Source: a virus
DNA: 64,000 nucleotides
Virus record (IMG/VR): IMGVR_UViG_3300028549_001560
Direction: 5' to 3' (one strand)
Below, one piece after another: positions 1-13,300 of this stretch. Positions within the stretch are counted from its first letter, which is position 1. Each line of letters begins with the position of its first letter. Below the pieces are notes generated by a model. That model searched no databases, was not told where the DNA came from, and saw nothing but the letters and a program-made list of their open reading frames with translations. Both the position numbers and the translations under genes were made by a program.

Positions 1-3000
1 ATGTTTTATCAATTTCAGACCATGTCGAATTAGGTCCATCCTCTATAAATGATTCGTTAATTGGAACTATCTTCGTCCAGAATGATGCTGGTGATGTAAA
101 ATAATTTCCATCGCTACCCTTTATTTCTCTTGTATTTATTTCCATCCATTGATTGAATCCTTGACTTAATTCATCTATTTTTTTCTGCTTTTCGAATATA
201 TCGGCAGTAGGATTTTCTGATAACCACTTAGCATATAATTTATTTCCGGCATCTCTTATTTTTTTCTTCTCAATTTCAAATCGCTCAGATACTTCGACTC
301 TAGCAACGTCCGAGAACTTTAATCCATCTGTCTTTTCTGTCTTAGCTTTTATCTCATCAAGTCTTTTGTCTATATCATTAATTATCTTTTTGAGAACATC
401 GTCTATCATTTCCTCAACTATATCACCGGTGTCTGGGTCTCTAAATCTCTTTAGTATTTCCATTTTAGTTTTATACAACTCCTCGTACTCATCTTGAAAC
501 TGTTCCATTGGCATTCTTTTTGGAATACTCTCAAGTAGCTCATAAAACTCAGGCTTAATTGTTTTTGCCGTGTTCTTCTTTCTCCACTCTTCGACCCTCG
601 CTCTGTCTTCGTCAGTTTTAGCTTCAGATAAATATCTATTCAATACCTTATTGAATTTATCATAGCTTGGCTTTCTCTTTATACTGCCATTAGAAAACAA
701 AGATTCATTCATCTCCGATATCTCTTCTGCTATAATCAAATCCACTCCAGTTTTTAGCTCTCCATTTGCATTAACTTTTGATGACAGATTCCTTTTGTTC
801 ATCTTAGCTGACTGCAAAAGCCTACTATCCCTTCTTGTCATATTGATCGTGTCGGGAGTTCCGTCTTGAGACATATACTTAGATAATATTGAATGTATAG
901 CATCATTGGCTTCGTCTAAGGCATTTCTAGTTAGCTCAGATAGCTTTAGTCTTGCCTCATAATAGGCTGGCTTAAACATCCTCTCAGAGTGTTCTACCAA
1001 GTAGTCATGAATCTCTCTGTCATATTCCGATCTGAGCTTTTCTGTTTCTGGCCTAGACTCAACTGTGTTTAACTTATACTTCTTCTGTAGATCTCTTTTA
1101 AATGACTCAAATTTAAATAAAAATACACCATACTTCAGTGGAGATACTAAGTACCCAGTAGCTACGCCATTATCATCAACCTCATATGCATCGTTATATG
1201 ACGTATACAATAGATGTGATTTTTTATATGACTTGGCGAGGGCTATAAGCTTCAATATATTGCTATTTCTTGTAAATTCTGAATTAGCCCTTGCTTTTGC
1301 CTCTTTTATTCTTGTACTCAACACACTTAATTGTGATATATTAGAGTATTTTGGAGCACCAAGAACTGTAAACAAGAATGAGAAATCGTGATCTATTTCA
1401 AATGTATTCTTTCCTAATGTATGTTTAAGCGACTCATCACCTCTGGCGGCTGCCGTCTCAAGTAGTACATTTTGATATTGATACATAAATATTCTATCAT
1501 AGATTATATCCATATTGTTTAGTTTTCCAGCAATACGGTCTATGTTATTTCTAATTATACCTGCAGTATTTGAATCTACACCATCGAAAAACTTTGATCC
1601 AGGTGCGAATATAGACTCGACAGATTTAAGCATATTTCTATACATATCTATGAAATCTGCCTTCGCTAAATCAATAATATTTGAATCTAATTTTTCATTT
1701 CGAAGCCTTCTCTCGTCTAGCGCAATCATAGTTTTCTCCATTTTATCAACCTCTCCTTCTTGTGTTGATGTTCCTCCGGCAAATTCTATAAATTTAATTA
1801 ATGCCTCTATATCTTCAGATTCCTCTATAGTTGCAACTAATTTTTGTATTTTCTGCGTGTACCTAACATCTACACCCTCTCTTTTCTTTATTGAAGACAA
1901 TTGAGTTCTGAATGCGTTAGCCATCTCGGATTTTATATCAGAGAATGTTTTCATACCAAGTGAGCTATCTGCAACATGCTTATGTCTCACCATCATAAAT
2001 CTAGACTCCTCTATATCGACTCCATTTGGTTTTGAAATAGCCTCTTTTATAATAGGAATAACCTCACTCACCGATAGTTTGGCCTGATGCGATGTATTGA
2101 GTATTATAGATGTAGATAGCGGTGTTCTCTCTTTGCTGTTATTTAATGAATTTAATAAATTATCAGCCTGTTCACCAGTAATTAAATTAACCTCGTCAGT
2201 GCCATATAATATCCAACTAGCAAGCTGTTTTCCAGTAGCACCTATTTTTATATTATTTATATCGCTAGTTATACCAAATTGATTTTTTATGAAAGCTGCA
2301 AACGCTTTGAAGAATTTTACTATTACACTATCATCATTGATTGTATTTTTATTATTTAGTGCGGACTTTATTACAGAATCTATGTAGTGAGCTACTATTT
2401 CCTCTCTTGTATCATTACTATTGAGCCCTTCTGCTACTATTCCGTCAAGTTCTGATTTACTCATATTTGACATAGCTTCTTTGTATAATTTTTCAAATAT
2501 ACCAGAAAATTCTTTGCTATTTCTAATCAGTTCAAGAAATGGATGTGAAAATATTTCATGTATTGGAGTAGTTTCATCAAAATATTCAGCAATTATATAT
2601 GCAGTGTTAGTACTTCTATCATACATTCCAGAGTCTCCATCTTGGTATCTTTGGTTTATTTTTTTAGCCTCAGATGATGAAATTACATTAAAGTTTATCC
2701 CAGTCCTCTTGGACAGTGCATTTGCTATTGCGTATACGGCGCGTAGACCCTCTTTAGAGCCTTTCTGTGCTACTTTCTTTCCAAGTTCGATTAATTGTTC
2801 ATAAAAAGATTTGGAGTCTGTAGTGAAGCTTGTATCACTTCCTAGAGTGTCTTCAAATTGATCTGATTCCAGTATGCCAATATTATTGTCCTGTTCTTTT
2901 TCTGTAAAGATAATAGAATTCTGCTTATTTGATGGGTCTGTATTTAGATGAAGGTCTCTTCCTTGGGTTGTGAAATTACTAGATGGCATATTTATTGTTT

Positions 3001-4363
3001 TAAAAACAAAATGCCTCATCCCTTTAGTGGTTGTAATATTGCTTGTGTCTTGATTATACGGAATATAGTTAACCATATCAACCATATCCTTAGCCCTACC
3101 CATTCTTATTTTAGCTTCAAATATAGTTCTCCAAGCTTGTAGGTTCTTGTTGTCGCTAGCTGTTTGAACTTCTAGTTCACTAAAGAATAGATCTATAGAA
3201 GTATCACCATAAGACAATGTTACTGTATATGCACCTCCTTTATTGAAGAATGCAGTTACTTTAGACCCAGGGAATTCATTTAATATGTTATTAACATATT
3301 CACTGTTTGCTATAGATGATATAATTGAAGTCGGATCATACATTGAAAATCCAGGTAAATGTAAACTAGCTGCGTCGTTACTGTTATCAAATAGTTTTTT
3401 ATCAGAATCGCTAAGAACACTAAATGGAACAGAGAAATCTAGATCATGCATATTCTCGTCTGCTGTTCTATATAGAGTCCCTTGCTCTCTAAGAGATAAT
3501 GACCCTGTAAGTACAGCACCAAGACTATTTAATTTATCTACTATAGTCTTTGCATCAGGGTTGTTGTCTAGAGTTCTATTGAAATTAGTTAATTGAGCAT
3601 CGCTACTTATTTCTGTGCTATATTTAGAAAATACACCATTAAGCATGTCAGAAGCAATTTCAGAAACTAATGAGTTGACTTCATCGCTAGACATTGCTCC
3701 AACTCTAAGAGCTTGTTTTATCTTTCTAGCAAGTTTAAGTAGGTTGTACTTAACAGTCTTTATTAATTTAGTACTTCCAGATATAGACCAATACTCAGCA
3801 ACTCTGGTAGACTCCTGTTTTTCTGAGTTCTCATAGTTAACTATAGCCTCTGCAAGTAGATCAACAACTATTAGTTCTTTTATCTTATAGTCATTTAGAT
3901 TTGTAGACCTTTCTTTATACTTATTATATAGTTCTTGATAATTATCTATATTTTGTATGTTTGATAGCAAGTCTGTTTTTATCTTGTTCTTAGACCCAAG
4001 CATCATTAATCCAACATATGCAGCTTCTTTAGACAAGCCGGATAGATTATTAGAGCTTTCTGTAAGCATTATAAGTTTGCCTATTAAATCTGTAGCAGAT
4101 ATAGCATCGTAGCCAGTGATTGATTTAAGTTCTTCAAATGACTGTACGTCAAATCCAAGCTTAGATAGAAATGCATTTATCTTTTCTTTCTTGCTTGATC
4201 CCTCACTTATCTTATTTATCCCCAACTGCTCTAGTGTTGGCCATTCGTCCGTCTTATTGTTATCCATCCAGATACTCATCTTTGCAGATAGAATAGCAGG
4301 ATGAAGCCCTGACTCATTTGCCAAGGCTTGAAACTGCGGTAATTTAATATTAATACAATTCAT
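1..4363 (-). CDS. Very large virion-associated protein, N-terminal >=1,454 codons only (gene runs off the left window edge)
   Basis: Manual minus-strand translation from ATG 4363-4361 (MNCINIKLPQFQALANESGLHP...) is open in every codon down to position 2. The start lies 10 nt after the TAA of the 4,630-aa gene. It is absent from the ORF track because there is no in-window stop. Function is inferred only from position. Confidence 0.85.
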   Translation of the reverse strand, partial: MNCINIKLPQFQALANESGLHPAILSAKMSIWMDNNKTDEWPTLEQLGINKISEGSSKKEKINAFLSKLGFDVQSFEELKSITGYDAISATDLIGKLIMLTESSNNLSGLSKEAAYVGLMMLGSKNKIKTDLLSNIQNIDNYQELYNKYKERSTNLNDYKIKELIVVDLLAEAIVNYENSEKQESTRVAEYWSISGSTKLIKTVKYNLLKLARKIKQALRVGAMSSDEVNSLVSEIASDMLNGVFSKYSTEISSDAQLTNFNRTLDNNPDAKTIVDKLNSLGAVLTGSLSLREQGTLYRTADENMHDLDFSVPFSVLSDSDKKLFDNSNDAASLHLPGFSMYDPTSIISSIANSEYVNNILNEFPGSKVTAFFNKGGAYTVTLSYGDTSIDLFFSELEVQTASDNKNLQAWRTIFEAKIRMGRAKDMVDMVNYIPYNQDTSNITTTKGMRHFVFKTINMPSSNFTTQGRDLHLNTDPSNKQNSIIFTEKEQDNNIGILESDQFEDTLGSDTSFTTDSKSFYEQLIELGKKVAQKGSKEGLRAVYAIANALSKRTGINFNVISSSEAKKINQRYQDGDSGMYDRSTNTAYIIAEYFDETTPIHEIFSHPFLELIRNSKEFSGIFEKLYKEAMSNMSKSELDGIVAEGLNSNDTREEIVAHYIDSVIKSALNNKNTINDDSVIVKFFKAFAAFIKNQFGITSDINNIKIGATGKQLASWILYGTDEVNLITGEQADNLLNSLNNSKERTPLSTSIILNTSHQAKLSVSEVIPIIKEAISKPNGVDIEESRFMMVRHKHVADSSLGMKTFSDIKSEMANAFRTQLSSIKKREGVDVRYTQKIQKLVATIEESEDIEALIKFIEFAGGTSTQEGEVDKMEKTMIALDERRLRNEKLDSNIIDLAKADFIDMYRNMLKSVESIFAPGSKFFDGVDSNTAGIIRNNIDRIAGKLNNMDIIYDRIFMYQYQNVLLETAAARGDESLKHTLGKNTFEIDHDFSFLFTVLGAPKYSNISQLSVLSTRIKEAKARANSEFTRNSNILKLIALAKSYKKSHLLYTSYNDAYEVDDNGVATGYLVSPLKYGVFLFKFESFKRDLQKKYKLNTVESRPETEKLRSEYDREIHDYLVEHSERMFKPAYYEARLKLSELTRNALDEANDAIHSILSKYMSQDGTPDTINMTRRDSRLLQSAKMNKRNLSSKVNANGELKTGVDLIIAEEISEMNESLFSNGSIKRKPSYDKFNKVLNRYLSEAKTDEDRARVEEWRKKNTAKTIKPEFYELLESIPKRMPMEQFQDEYEELYKTKMEILKRFRDPDTGDIVEEMIDDVLKKIINDIDKRLDEIKAKTEKTDGLKFSDVARVEVSERFEIEKKKIRDAGNKLYAKWLSENPTADIFEKQKKIDELSQGFNQWMEINTREIKGSDGNYFTSPASFWTKIVPINESFIEDGPNSTWSEIDKT

Positions 4364-4373
4364 TTATATTGTT

Positions 4374-7300
4374 TTAATTACATTGTGTTAGTTTATCCCA
4401 CATCTCCTGTGGCATCTTATTGAAATCTTCTGTAGTAAGCGATACTGCTCCAATTGATTTGAAGTGATCATTTATTCTATCCATATCAGCTTGAGATCTA
4501 GTAGATTGCTGCAATTTTATTAATTCATCTCTTACCTCATATCCTGCTGGTAATATAACATTATCTGGTATATAATTACCTCCATTAATGTCGTTAATCT
4601 CCTTTATTTGAGACTTAATTTCCTCGACAGTATATCCAGCTAAAGAACTACCAAGCTTTGTCATATAGAATTTAAGCTCAGGATGGTTATTTGCAAATTC
4701 AAAGAAGTCTGCTAATCCTTCGCCTATCTCATCTAGGGTAGATGATTTCTCAACACTCCAGTCTTTCTTGGTTATAATAGCATATGATTTACCCTGCAAT
4801 CCTTCAGCTTGTCCTTGTTTAGCTCCAAACTTATTTTTAGCCATTAAGGCAGCTCCTTTTCCATGAACGCCTTCCGAATTACTACCGAACACAAAAACCT
4901 CATTCGGCCCCAACTCTGTAATATTTTCAGGAGTGTATTCACGATCTTTCGAAGTATTTTCACTACTTTCATTAACTATAGTGTAAAGAGAATCAATATA
5001 GGCCTGTAGAGGCACTTTAGAGCTCGTCTGTACACCTAGCACATCACTGGTGGATGTTACATATATCTGAGGAATAGGGTCGCTTAAAACGTCTCTAAAT
5101 ACATCTAAAAGCATTTCTTTATATATAATCTTATACGCATCTGATAGATCATTGAAGTCAAAATCCAAGTCAATGGTATCACCTCCGGCTTCTATAATAG
5201 AAAATGCATCAGATATTATATCGCTCATCGCTAATCTATTTTGATCTGTTTGCTCTGATCCGTCATAACCGAATGGTGTATGCATATCTATTTCATCTCT
5301 ACTTACGAATGTAGAGTTGTATGGTACACCTCTCTCTTTTGATAGTTGTTTTAAGATGTCTACCTCGGTAGGAGCTCCATTTATAACTGCATCGTAAATC
5401 AGTGATCCACCTCTGAATTCCGCTTTCTTTGGAAGATTATTTGATTCAATCATTGATTTGTTTACACCAAACTCAAGTATTGGTCTGCCATCCTGCATTG
5501 CTCCTTTTCTGTCTATTGGCATATATACAGGAGCATGTATCGGTTTCTTATCTTTTTTCGAATATTTAATCACAGTCAATCCTATTAACTCGTAAAGTAC
5601 AGTACTCGTAGGCTTAGATTTAGAATCTACAGATAGATTTATATATTTGCTGTATACTGGATATTTATTGTGATTTCTAACATAACTTATGGCCACATTA
5701 TCTATAAGGACGGCTGGATAATTAGATCTACTACCATCTGATATCGTATAATTCTTATGTATCCTGCTTAATTTACCACCAGTTAAACTATATGGATCCT
5801 CATATGTTAATGAAACTTGAGGAACAATATCCTTGTCGTACCATTTATTTTTAGATATTTCACTCATAGAGCTTTCTATATCAAATATAAAATTAGGGTC
5901 CATTATCCTATCTATATCTTCGTAGATTTTGTTATTCTCTCTATCATCTTCGGATAGCTTAACGAAATTCTTCCCTGATTTATCTCCAGATGTTATATAT
6001 TGATATAATATTAAGTCTTCAGCAAACTTCTTAAGAATCTCATTATCGCTTTCAAGTAACTCTGACCAGTATGCTTTAAATTTCGCATTTATACTTTGAT
6101 CTGAATTTGAGATTGCTTTAATATTGATGAAGTCTGCAGAGTTTGAGTCGAAGCCGATAGCCTGAGATAATGAATTAATTATATAGTTATCCTTTAATCT
6201 ATTTAGTTTTGGATCGAGGTCTATCATTTCTTTTATCCTCATAAACCTTTTAGCCATAGAGTTTCTACCAAAGAACATGCCAGGTATATCTATATTGTGA
6301 GTTTTTGCATATTCGTTATAGAAGTCACTCCTTAGAAATGAATCTATAGCATTTAAATGTTTTTTAACAACATTCTCCGATGGCATCTTCTTTATCCCAT
6401 TATTAAAGAAATATCCCTTTAGATCATTCAGTAGCAATCCTGGTCTTGTTCTAAATAATTCACCGTTAGATATCGTCCTGACAGCACTCAACATAAGGTC
6501 CAGCTTAGTACCTAAGAACGAGTTTTCGACTATGCTTGTTGGGTCCGTAAAGAACTTTCCTTGCCCACTCGTTGCAAATTCCATTATCTTGTTCTTAAAT
6601 AATTCTATAGACGTAAATGATATACCGTATTTTTTTGTATCGATCTGAGCTAGCCCAACGTTAGACGCTAGTGCGTCTGCAAATGGACTTATCTGAGAAT
6701 ACATTATAAGCATCTTTAGTTGACCTATTGCGTATTTGAGCTCATCTTTTTCATTCTTCAATTCCATAAGATTTTTTGAACTCATAAATGATTTTCCGAA
6801 AATATTATTGAACGACTCGTAAGCAGACTCATCAAATAATGCCGGATTAGCGAAATTACTAAGTTTTAATATCTCATCTAGAACGGCCTTATTTCCATTA
6901 GCAAGTCTTCTGGCATTTTTAATGTAATCACTAATCATGCCTTTTATTACTTGACTAGATAACTTATTTAAGTCAGTTCCATATGGATTTCCGTATTTAG
7001 TAGATATAACATTTATTCTGTTAGCCATCTCTTTTAATGCTGGCTGAGAAAGATAGTAAAACGTATCTTTACCTATCCCAGATCTAAGCAAAAAGAATAA
7101 TGTGTTATATGTTGTAGGATTTACATTTAATCTGATTATATAAGTGTCTTTAGCAACGTCTACGTGTGCACTAATCATCGCATTCAACCAATCAAGAATT
7201 CTAATGCCATCCTTTCCGATAACGCCGTCACATCCAGACAAATTAAGATACTTCAATATAGGATATTTAGACGAATTTAACTTGAGCCCATACATTTGTG

Positions 7301-10300
7301 CAAGCACATGATGTGCGTTATTCAATGCAGAAGGCCCAACGCCTGATTTACCGGTAGTGTATTCGTACTTTTTCTGAGATTGATATGATGGTGATATATA
7401 ATTCAAAGGTCTTGACTTCTTCTTATCTGCCCTAACACCCTTCTCTATATCAGCGAGGACTACACCCGTAAGGTAATCTGTGGCTGTATCTAGTGGTAGT
7501 TTTGCTTCGGCGAATGATATATCATCAGCTAGCACTGCCATATACATATCAAGTAGTCTGTTCTTTATTGCAGCATCGCTGTTTTTCGGATCAGAATACC
7601 CTAAGCTATCATCAAATCTGGCTACTCTCTTGTCTTTTTCGTTTCTGTATATTTCAGCAGTCTCTGGGTCATATCTAATTCCTTTTTTATACTCTGTAGA
7701 TAGAAATTCAGATAACGCTGCGGACTTCTTGGCAAATTTAGATTCATTCGTAATAACAACACCTTTATTTGATCCAATTGGAGTGTCTGCCCATTTTTTA
7801 TAAGCCGTTCTCAGTTCATCTCTCTCCTCGGTAGTGATAGGTATTCTATTGCCTGTATTGTAATCCTCATAACTGTATCTAGCTAAAAATAATTTATCAA
7901 TATCGAAGTCAGATCCAGTCATTTTAGTAAATTCAGATGGAAGTATTATAGTATCGCCATCCGTGGTAGGGAGGACGTCAACTATAAGTAAAACAGCAGA
8001 AGATGATGGACCTTGATTTGGTACACGATATCCTATCGCAGATGGGGCTGAGTTAGGGCCTATTATATTCCTATCCATAAGCCACTTAACTCTATCTTCG
8101 TGTGCAATGATATTTGATGGTATTATATCCATAAATAAGTTTATAGACACAATAGCCTCTATAGCATTATTATCTCTGAAAAAATTAAGTCTCTTTCCAT
8201 TATTAAGCATCCTTAATCCGCCTGTCTTCTCATTAAATTCATCTTCTGATATTTTATTTGAATTTAGGGCGTCTGTATTGACGGAGGATAATCCAAATGG
8301 AGTTCTTTGTATGAACATACCACCTGGAGTATTTATATCTATAATTTCAGATCCTATGAGCGACATTAACTTGCTTTCAACCCATGCATTATCTATGACA
8401 TATTCAAGTCTAAAAGGTCTTCCGTCGGCAGCCTCTTTCAATTTAGATACTAGGTCCTCTGGCATTCCGGATTCTATGGCAGAATCGTATAGGTACTTAT
8501 ATACAGATGCTTTATCACCGAGTCTCTTTAATAATCTATCAAAACCTCTTTTTGCTAGTTCTTTGTTTGCTGAATCATATGCCGATATCAATTGATCTCC
8601 AGTCATCTCGTTCCCATTTGAGAATTTGGCTTTCGAATATATTCTTGATTTATCTATATTCGACATCGCCATCTTGTTGATCTGAGTTGCCATCCTCATT
8701 TCTCCTGGCTCATGTGGATCAGTAACTAATTGCTTTCTTAGAAATTTAAACTCCTGTGTAGTAACTTTTAGCTCATCTCTTTTTGCATATCCAGTAATAT
8801 TTCCGTCTTTATCCTTCTTCGCATATGTAGCACCCCTTCTATTACCATCCTTGATGGCAGTCTTGAATATAAACATATCAATCGGCTTAACACCGTACAT
8901 TTTTTCTGTCTCAGTAGGGTTCATCATAGAATACATATCAGACAAGCCGGCAGTTGAGTGGTGTTTAAATACAGGGAATATAGCCATCTTATTTATGACC
9001 AATATGTCTAAACCATTTTCAACAGAGTTACCAACGTAAATCATTTTTAACGGCTGTAGCTGTAATTTATTGGCTAATTCAGCCTTTACAGGGTCGCTCA
9101 TCCAGCCCATATCTTCAGATTCAAGAATAGCTAACGCTTCATCCATCCATGGTTCCCATTCGCCTAATCGTTCTTTTGTCTCTCTATAATGCATTGGAGA
9201 GCAATATGCAGTGGCATCAGTCTCATCAACATTTCCATATCCAGACATTTGATCAATAGAAGCCTCTCTAACGCTGTTTACAGCCTCTTTAACAGATTTA
9301 TTGTAATCTTCTGGCAGTATACCGCTGTTTGACATTAAAGCCTCAAGAAGACCTGAATCTGGCGATTCTCCAGCATCTGTCAACCTTCTATTTGCGTTAG
9401 ATGCTATAGCCTTGATGGTAAGCTCCTTTAGGTGTTGACTAACTATATTTGAATCATTTAGCTCAGTAACGCTATATTTCTCTTTATTGTGCAATCTGTG
9501 TCCAACCGGGAATATCGTTCTTAGGTTATTACCAGTAGATAGCATTGTTGAATGTCGCTTGATTTTCGCTTCGTCGTTTTTGTGGAATGCAGGATCTTTT
9601 GCAAATATTTTCTCATATTCTATAGTTGACGCCATCGTATTTACCATATTGGCAGCCATCATATTTATCAATGCAATAGGATTAGATCCGTTATTCTTAT
9701 CTATATTGTAGTATTTCAAGTGTTCTGAAATCTCTTTTTCATCCAGTGCAAGATTTGCTATTTGCATAGCATCCCTAAATCTATCGCCAGTTTTGACTGG
9801 GTAAGAAATAGCACCAATACTTTCAGCGTACTCTATTTCGTCCAAAAGTCTATCTTGTAATGTTGCAGATATTTTAGCTGGCAATAGCGATTTCGCTTCG
9901 TCGGAGTTGTTAAAGTAATTTCTACTTAATCGATCCATCATTTCATCAACTTTCGACACATCTCCTGTTTTGTATGCTTCCGATAACATGTCATTTAGCG
10001 TAGTCATACCCTTCCCGTCACTAGAATTGACTTCAAAGTTAAAGTGTCTAAAGAATAATCCATTCCCTGGTTTAATAGAGCCATCCTTTCCTTCGAAATA
10101 ATGATATGTTGGCATCATACTTGATTGAGTATCCATATATTCAGCCTCGCTTTTCGCAAGAGATAGCGATTTATATAGATTCCAAGCTTCCTTCATTGCT
10201 TCAAATTCAGCTGCGGCATACTCTGAGAATTGTGATACAACATAACTACTAAATGTCACCTTTCTATTAGTCGTGTCTACGAATAACTTATTTACCGCTC

Positions 10301-13300
10301 CATTAAACCATTTTAATCCAGACAATAAGTAATAAGTTTTCTTATCGGCCATAGTTGGTAGTACCATGAAGTCTCTTAAAGTGGCTTGCATCTTAAATAT
10401 ATAATCCTCTAGCACGCTCATTCCAAAGTAGTCTCTTCCCTTATCAGCTGTTCCTTCTTGATATAGTTTAACGAAGGTTTTTAGTTTTACTTCGACCTTT
10501 CTTCCCTTATCTATAGCTTCTTGCATCTGAGATAATATCATAGAACCAACAGGTCTATTTCCATCGCCTCTACCTCTATTAAATTTAACACTTTTTATCA
10601 AGCTTCTATATGTTGAGTCCTCCCTCAATCTATTAACAATTGTTGTCATGTAATTTGGAAGAGATATAGCATACATTTTTCCTCCATCCGCGGCCGAAAC
10701 CATAACTTCTTCAGGCGATGGATGTGTTCTAGCATATTCTCTAGCTAATTTCTCAGCGAATGGCTCTCCAGCATAAATAGCAGATACATTTTTCTCAACT
10801 TCTTTCCCTATAATAAAAGATTTCATATATCTACCATTATTCTTTATTAATTTTGGTAATATATTTCTAAATAATATAGATGGATTTGACTTATTTACAG
10901 AGTATCCGCTCGAAATATAGTCTACAAAGTTCTTTCTGATGTTTAAGTCATTATTTCCTATCAAAAACATTCCGTCGAAAGTAGCTTGGTCTACATCTAT
11001 TCCAACCATTCCTAGTATCTCAACGAACTTAGAGGCAATCGCTGTATATGTCATTGATTTTGATTCGACTATTAAATTTTCATATGCATCTATTGCTGAT
11101 TGGATATGCTTAGGATCAAACAATCGATCACCATTTTCATTATAATCATATACATTGTCATTAGCCGATAGATTATTACCCCAGATCTTTGGATGTAATT
11201 TCTCAGCCTCTTTTTCTGATATATCCCTAATATCCCATCTCATTCCATCTTCAGTATCTCTATATGATGCTGTTATGTATTCATGTCTCTGAGTATTAAC
11301 AGACGTAAAGAATTTTGTATTAAATTCAACTGACTGGTTCGCCAATCTTCTTCCTAATATTCTAAAGAATGGATCTGTTTTTGCTAAATTTGCAATCCTA
11401 TTCATCATTGAGTCTATATCATTAGCAGAGCCAAGTCTTGATATCATAACATTCCATGCTGTATCAAATGGGATAAATGAATTAAAGCCAGTTAATTCGC
11501 TTTTAATTGACTTCATTCTACCATCGACAACCTTCGCTAATGGCATTGTTGCAATGAACGCCTTAACCTCTGGTAACACTCTATCTTTATGGTTGAATTT
11601 ATTCGACTCGGTATACTCGGATAAATCAGCTCTGGTTATCTCCTGATCATTTTCAATAGCATTTGGATCTATATCGTCAGATATATTATCTTCATACCCA
11701 ATAAAGTCTATATATTTCTTTATCTGAGGTTTGAATTTATCTTCGAAATGCTCGAGGATCTCAGATAATACCTCATGTCTTGAATTATCACCATCTGCAA
11801 GTGCCTTATTGGCAAGGATTTCTATATTTGCATATAGATCGTTATAGGCTTTAGTTTCATTAATTTTATTTGATTTATTTACGACTCCACCTAATTGGAA
11901 TAGCATATACGTCATACCATTTATAGATTCATAGAACTCATCTAGGTTCATCATCTTCAAGTCACTTGCAACATGTCTATTGACAGATGATCCATAGATT
12001 GCCTTAAATTCTCTAAGACTCTCACTGTTGATAGAATCATATCTAAACATACCTCTATTGATATCATTAAATAGTCTATCTATATCAGAATTGCTAAATC
12101 CAACTATCTTTCTTATGAAGTTATATATCTTTCTGAATGCAATCTGTAGTCTGGTAAAGTTTTTAACAGTCCCATTCTTCATAACATATTCTCTAAATTT
12201 TTCAGCCAAGAACTCTTCAACTTGTTCATTAGATAAGCCCTTTAATTGAGGCCATCTATTTCTGGCTTCTTCATATATCTTAACCCTAGTCTCTCTTGGA
12301 AGTAGAAGTAATGATACTTTGTGATACGCCTCATGGAACGATGTTCCTATTTCAGCTGCCATCGATAGTACTATGCCTGAATCTCTCATGACTCCCATCG
12401 CCAACTTATCTCTACCAACCTTTATTAGGTCCTTTACTACCTCTACATCTCCTGGTTGAATATTCAACTTATCTCTAAGCCATTCAAGTTCTTGAGCCAT
12501 GTTTATTAGCTCATAATCGCTATTTTCCTGCTCTCTTAGCGGCCCAAAGTCCTCATCGAAATCCATAGACTGATCAACGACCTTAAAATCACTCCCAGGC
12601 TTATTCTCAGGCGTTTTAACGGACTTATCTGTACTATCTGGTGTATTTGTATCGCTTTTAGCTTGCGTGTTACCTTGAGCCTCTAGAGCAGCTATTTCAG
12701 CATCATACTCTGCATTGATCTCATCAAGTAATCTACGGGCTATTCTTTTCCCTAAATCAAATTGAAGCCTTTTTCTCTCTCTTGATGGCTTCATGTTATT
12801 TATTCTTCCAGCTTCGGAAGCTTCTTCTTCTGTGGCCTTAAATTTATATTGACTAGTACTTGAAGTTCCATCAGCATTTTCTATTATAGCCTCTCCGCTT
12901 GCTCCTAGATTTATAACGGCACTCGTCTTTGTTCCGGCGGTTTCATCCAGCTCATTATCTAAAACGCCTTTTATTTGCTTTACCTTCGGAGAGTACTTTA
13001 GTGTATCCTGTCTTCTTGATTCTATTTCCGCCTTTGCTTTAGCTATACGTATTCTTTCTTTTACTGTATCTAGATCTGGTAATTCGCTATTTTTTTGCTC
13101 ATTCGACTGTAGATCGACCAACTCACCACCTGGCTTGGCTGCTATTACAGCAGCTTGGGCAGGGGTTCCATCTGGCTTCTCTATGTATTCATGAACACTT
13201 TCAAGATTAAGATATGCTGGAGCAAATATTGTTGGAAATGTATCTGTTCTTATTAGCCCCTTTTTAATCAAGAAGGCGAACCATGTAAGATTTAAGTCGG

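Noticed and set aside
1065-4304. Eight short plus-strand ORFs listed in the first 4.3 kb.
   Set aside because: They are antisense artefacts of the unlisted minus-strand giant ORF, which is open throughout 2-4363.
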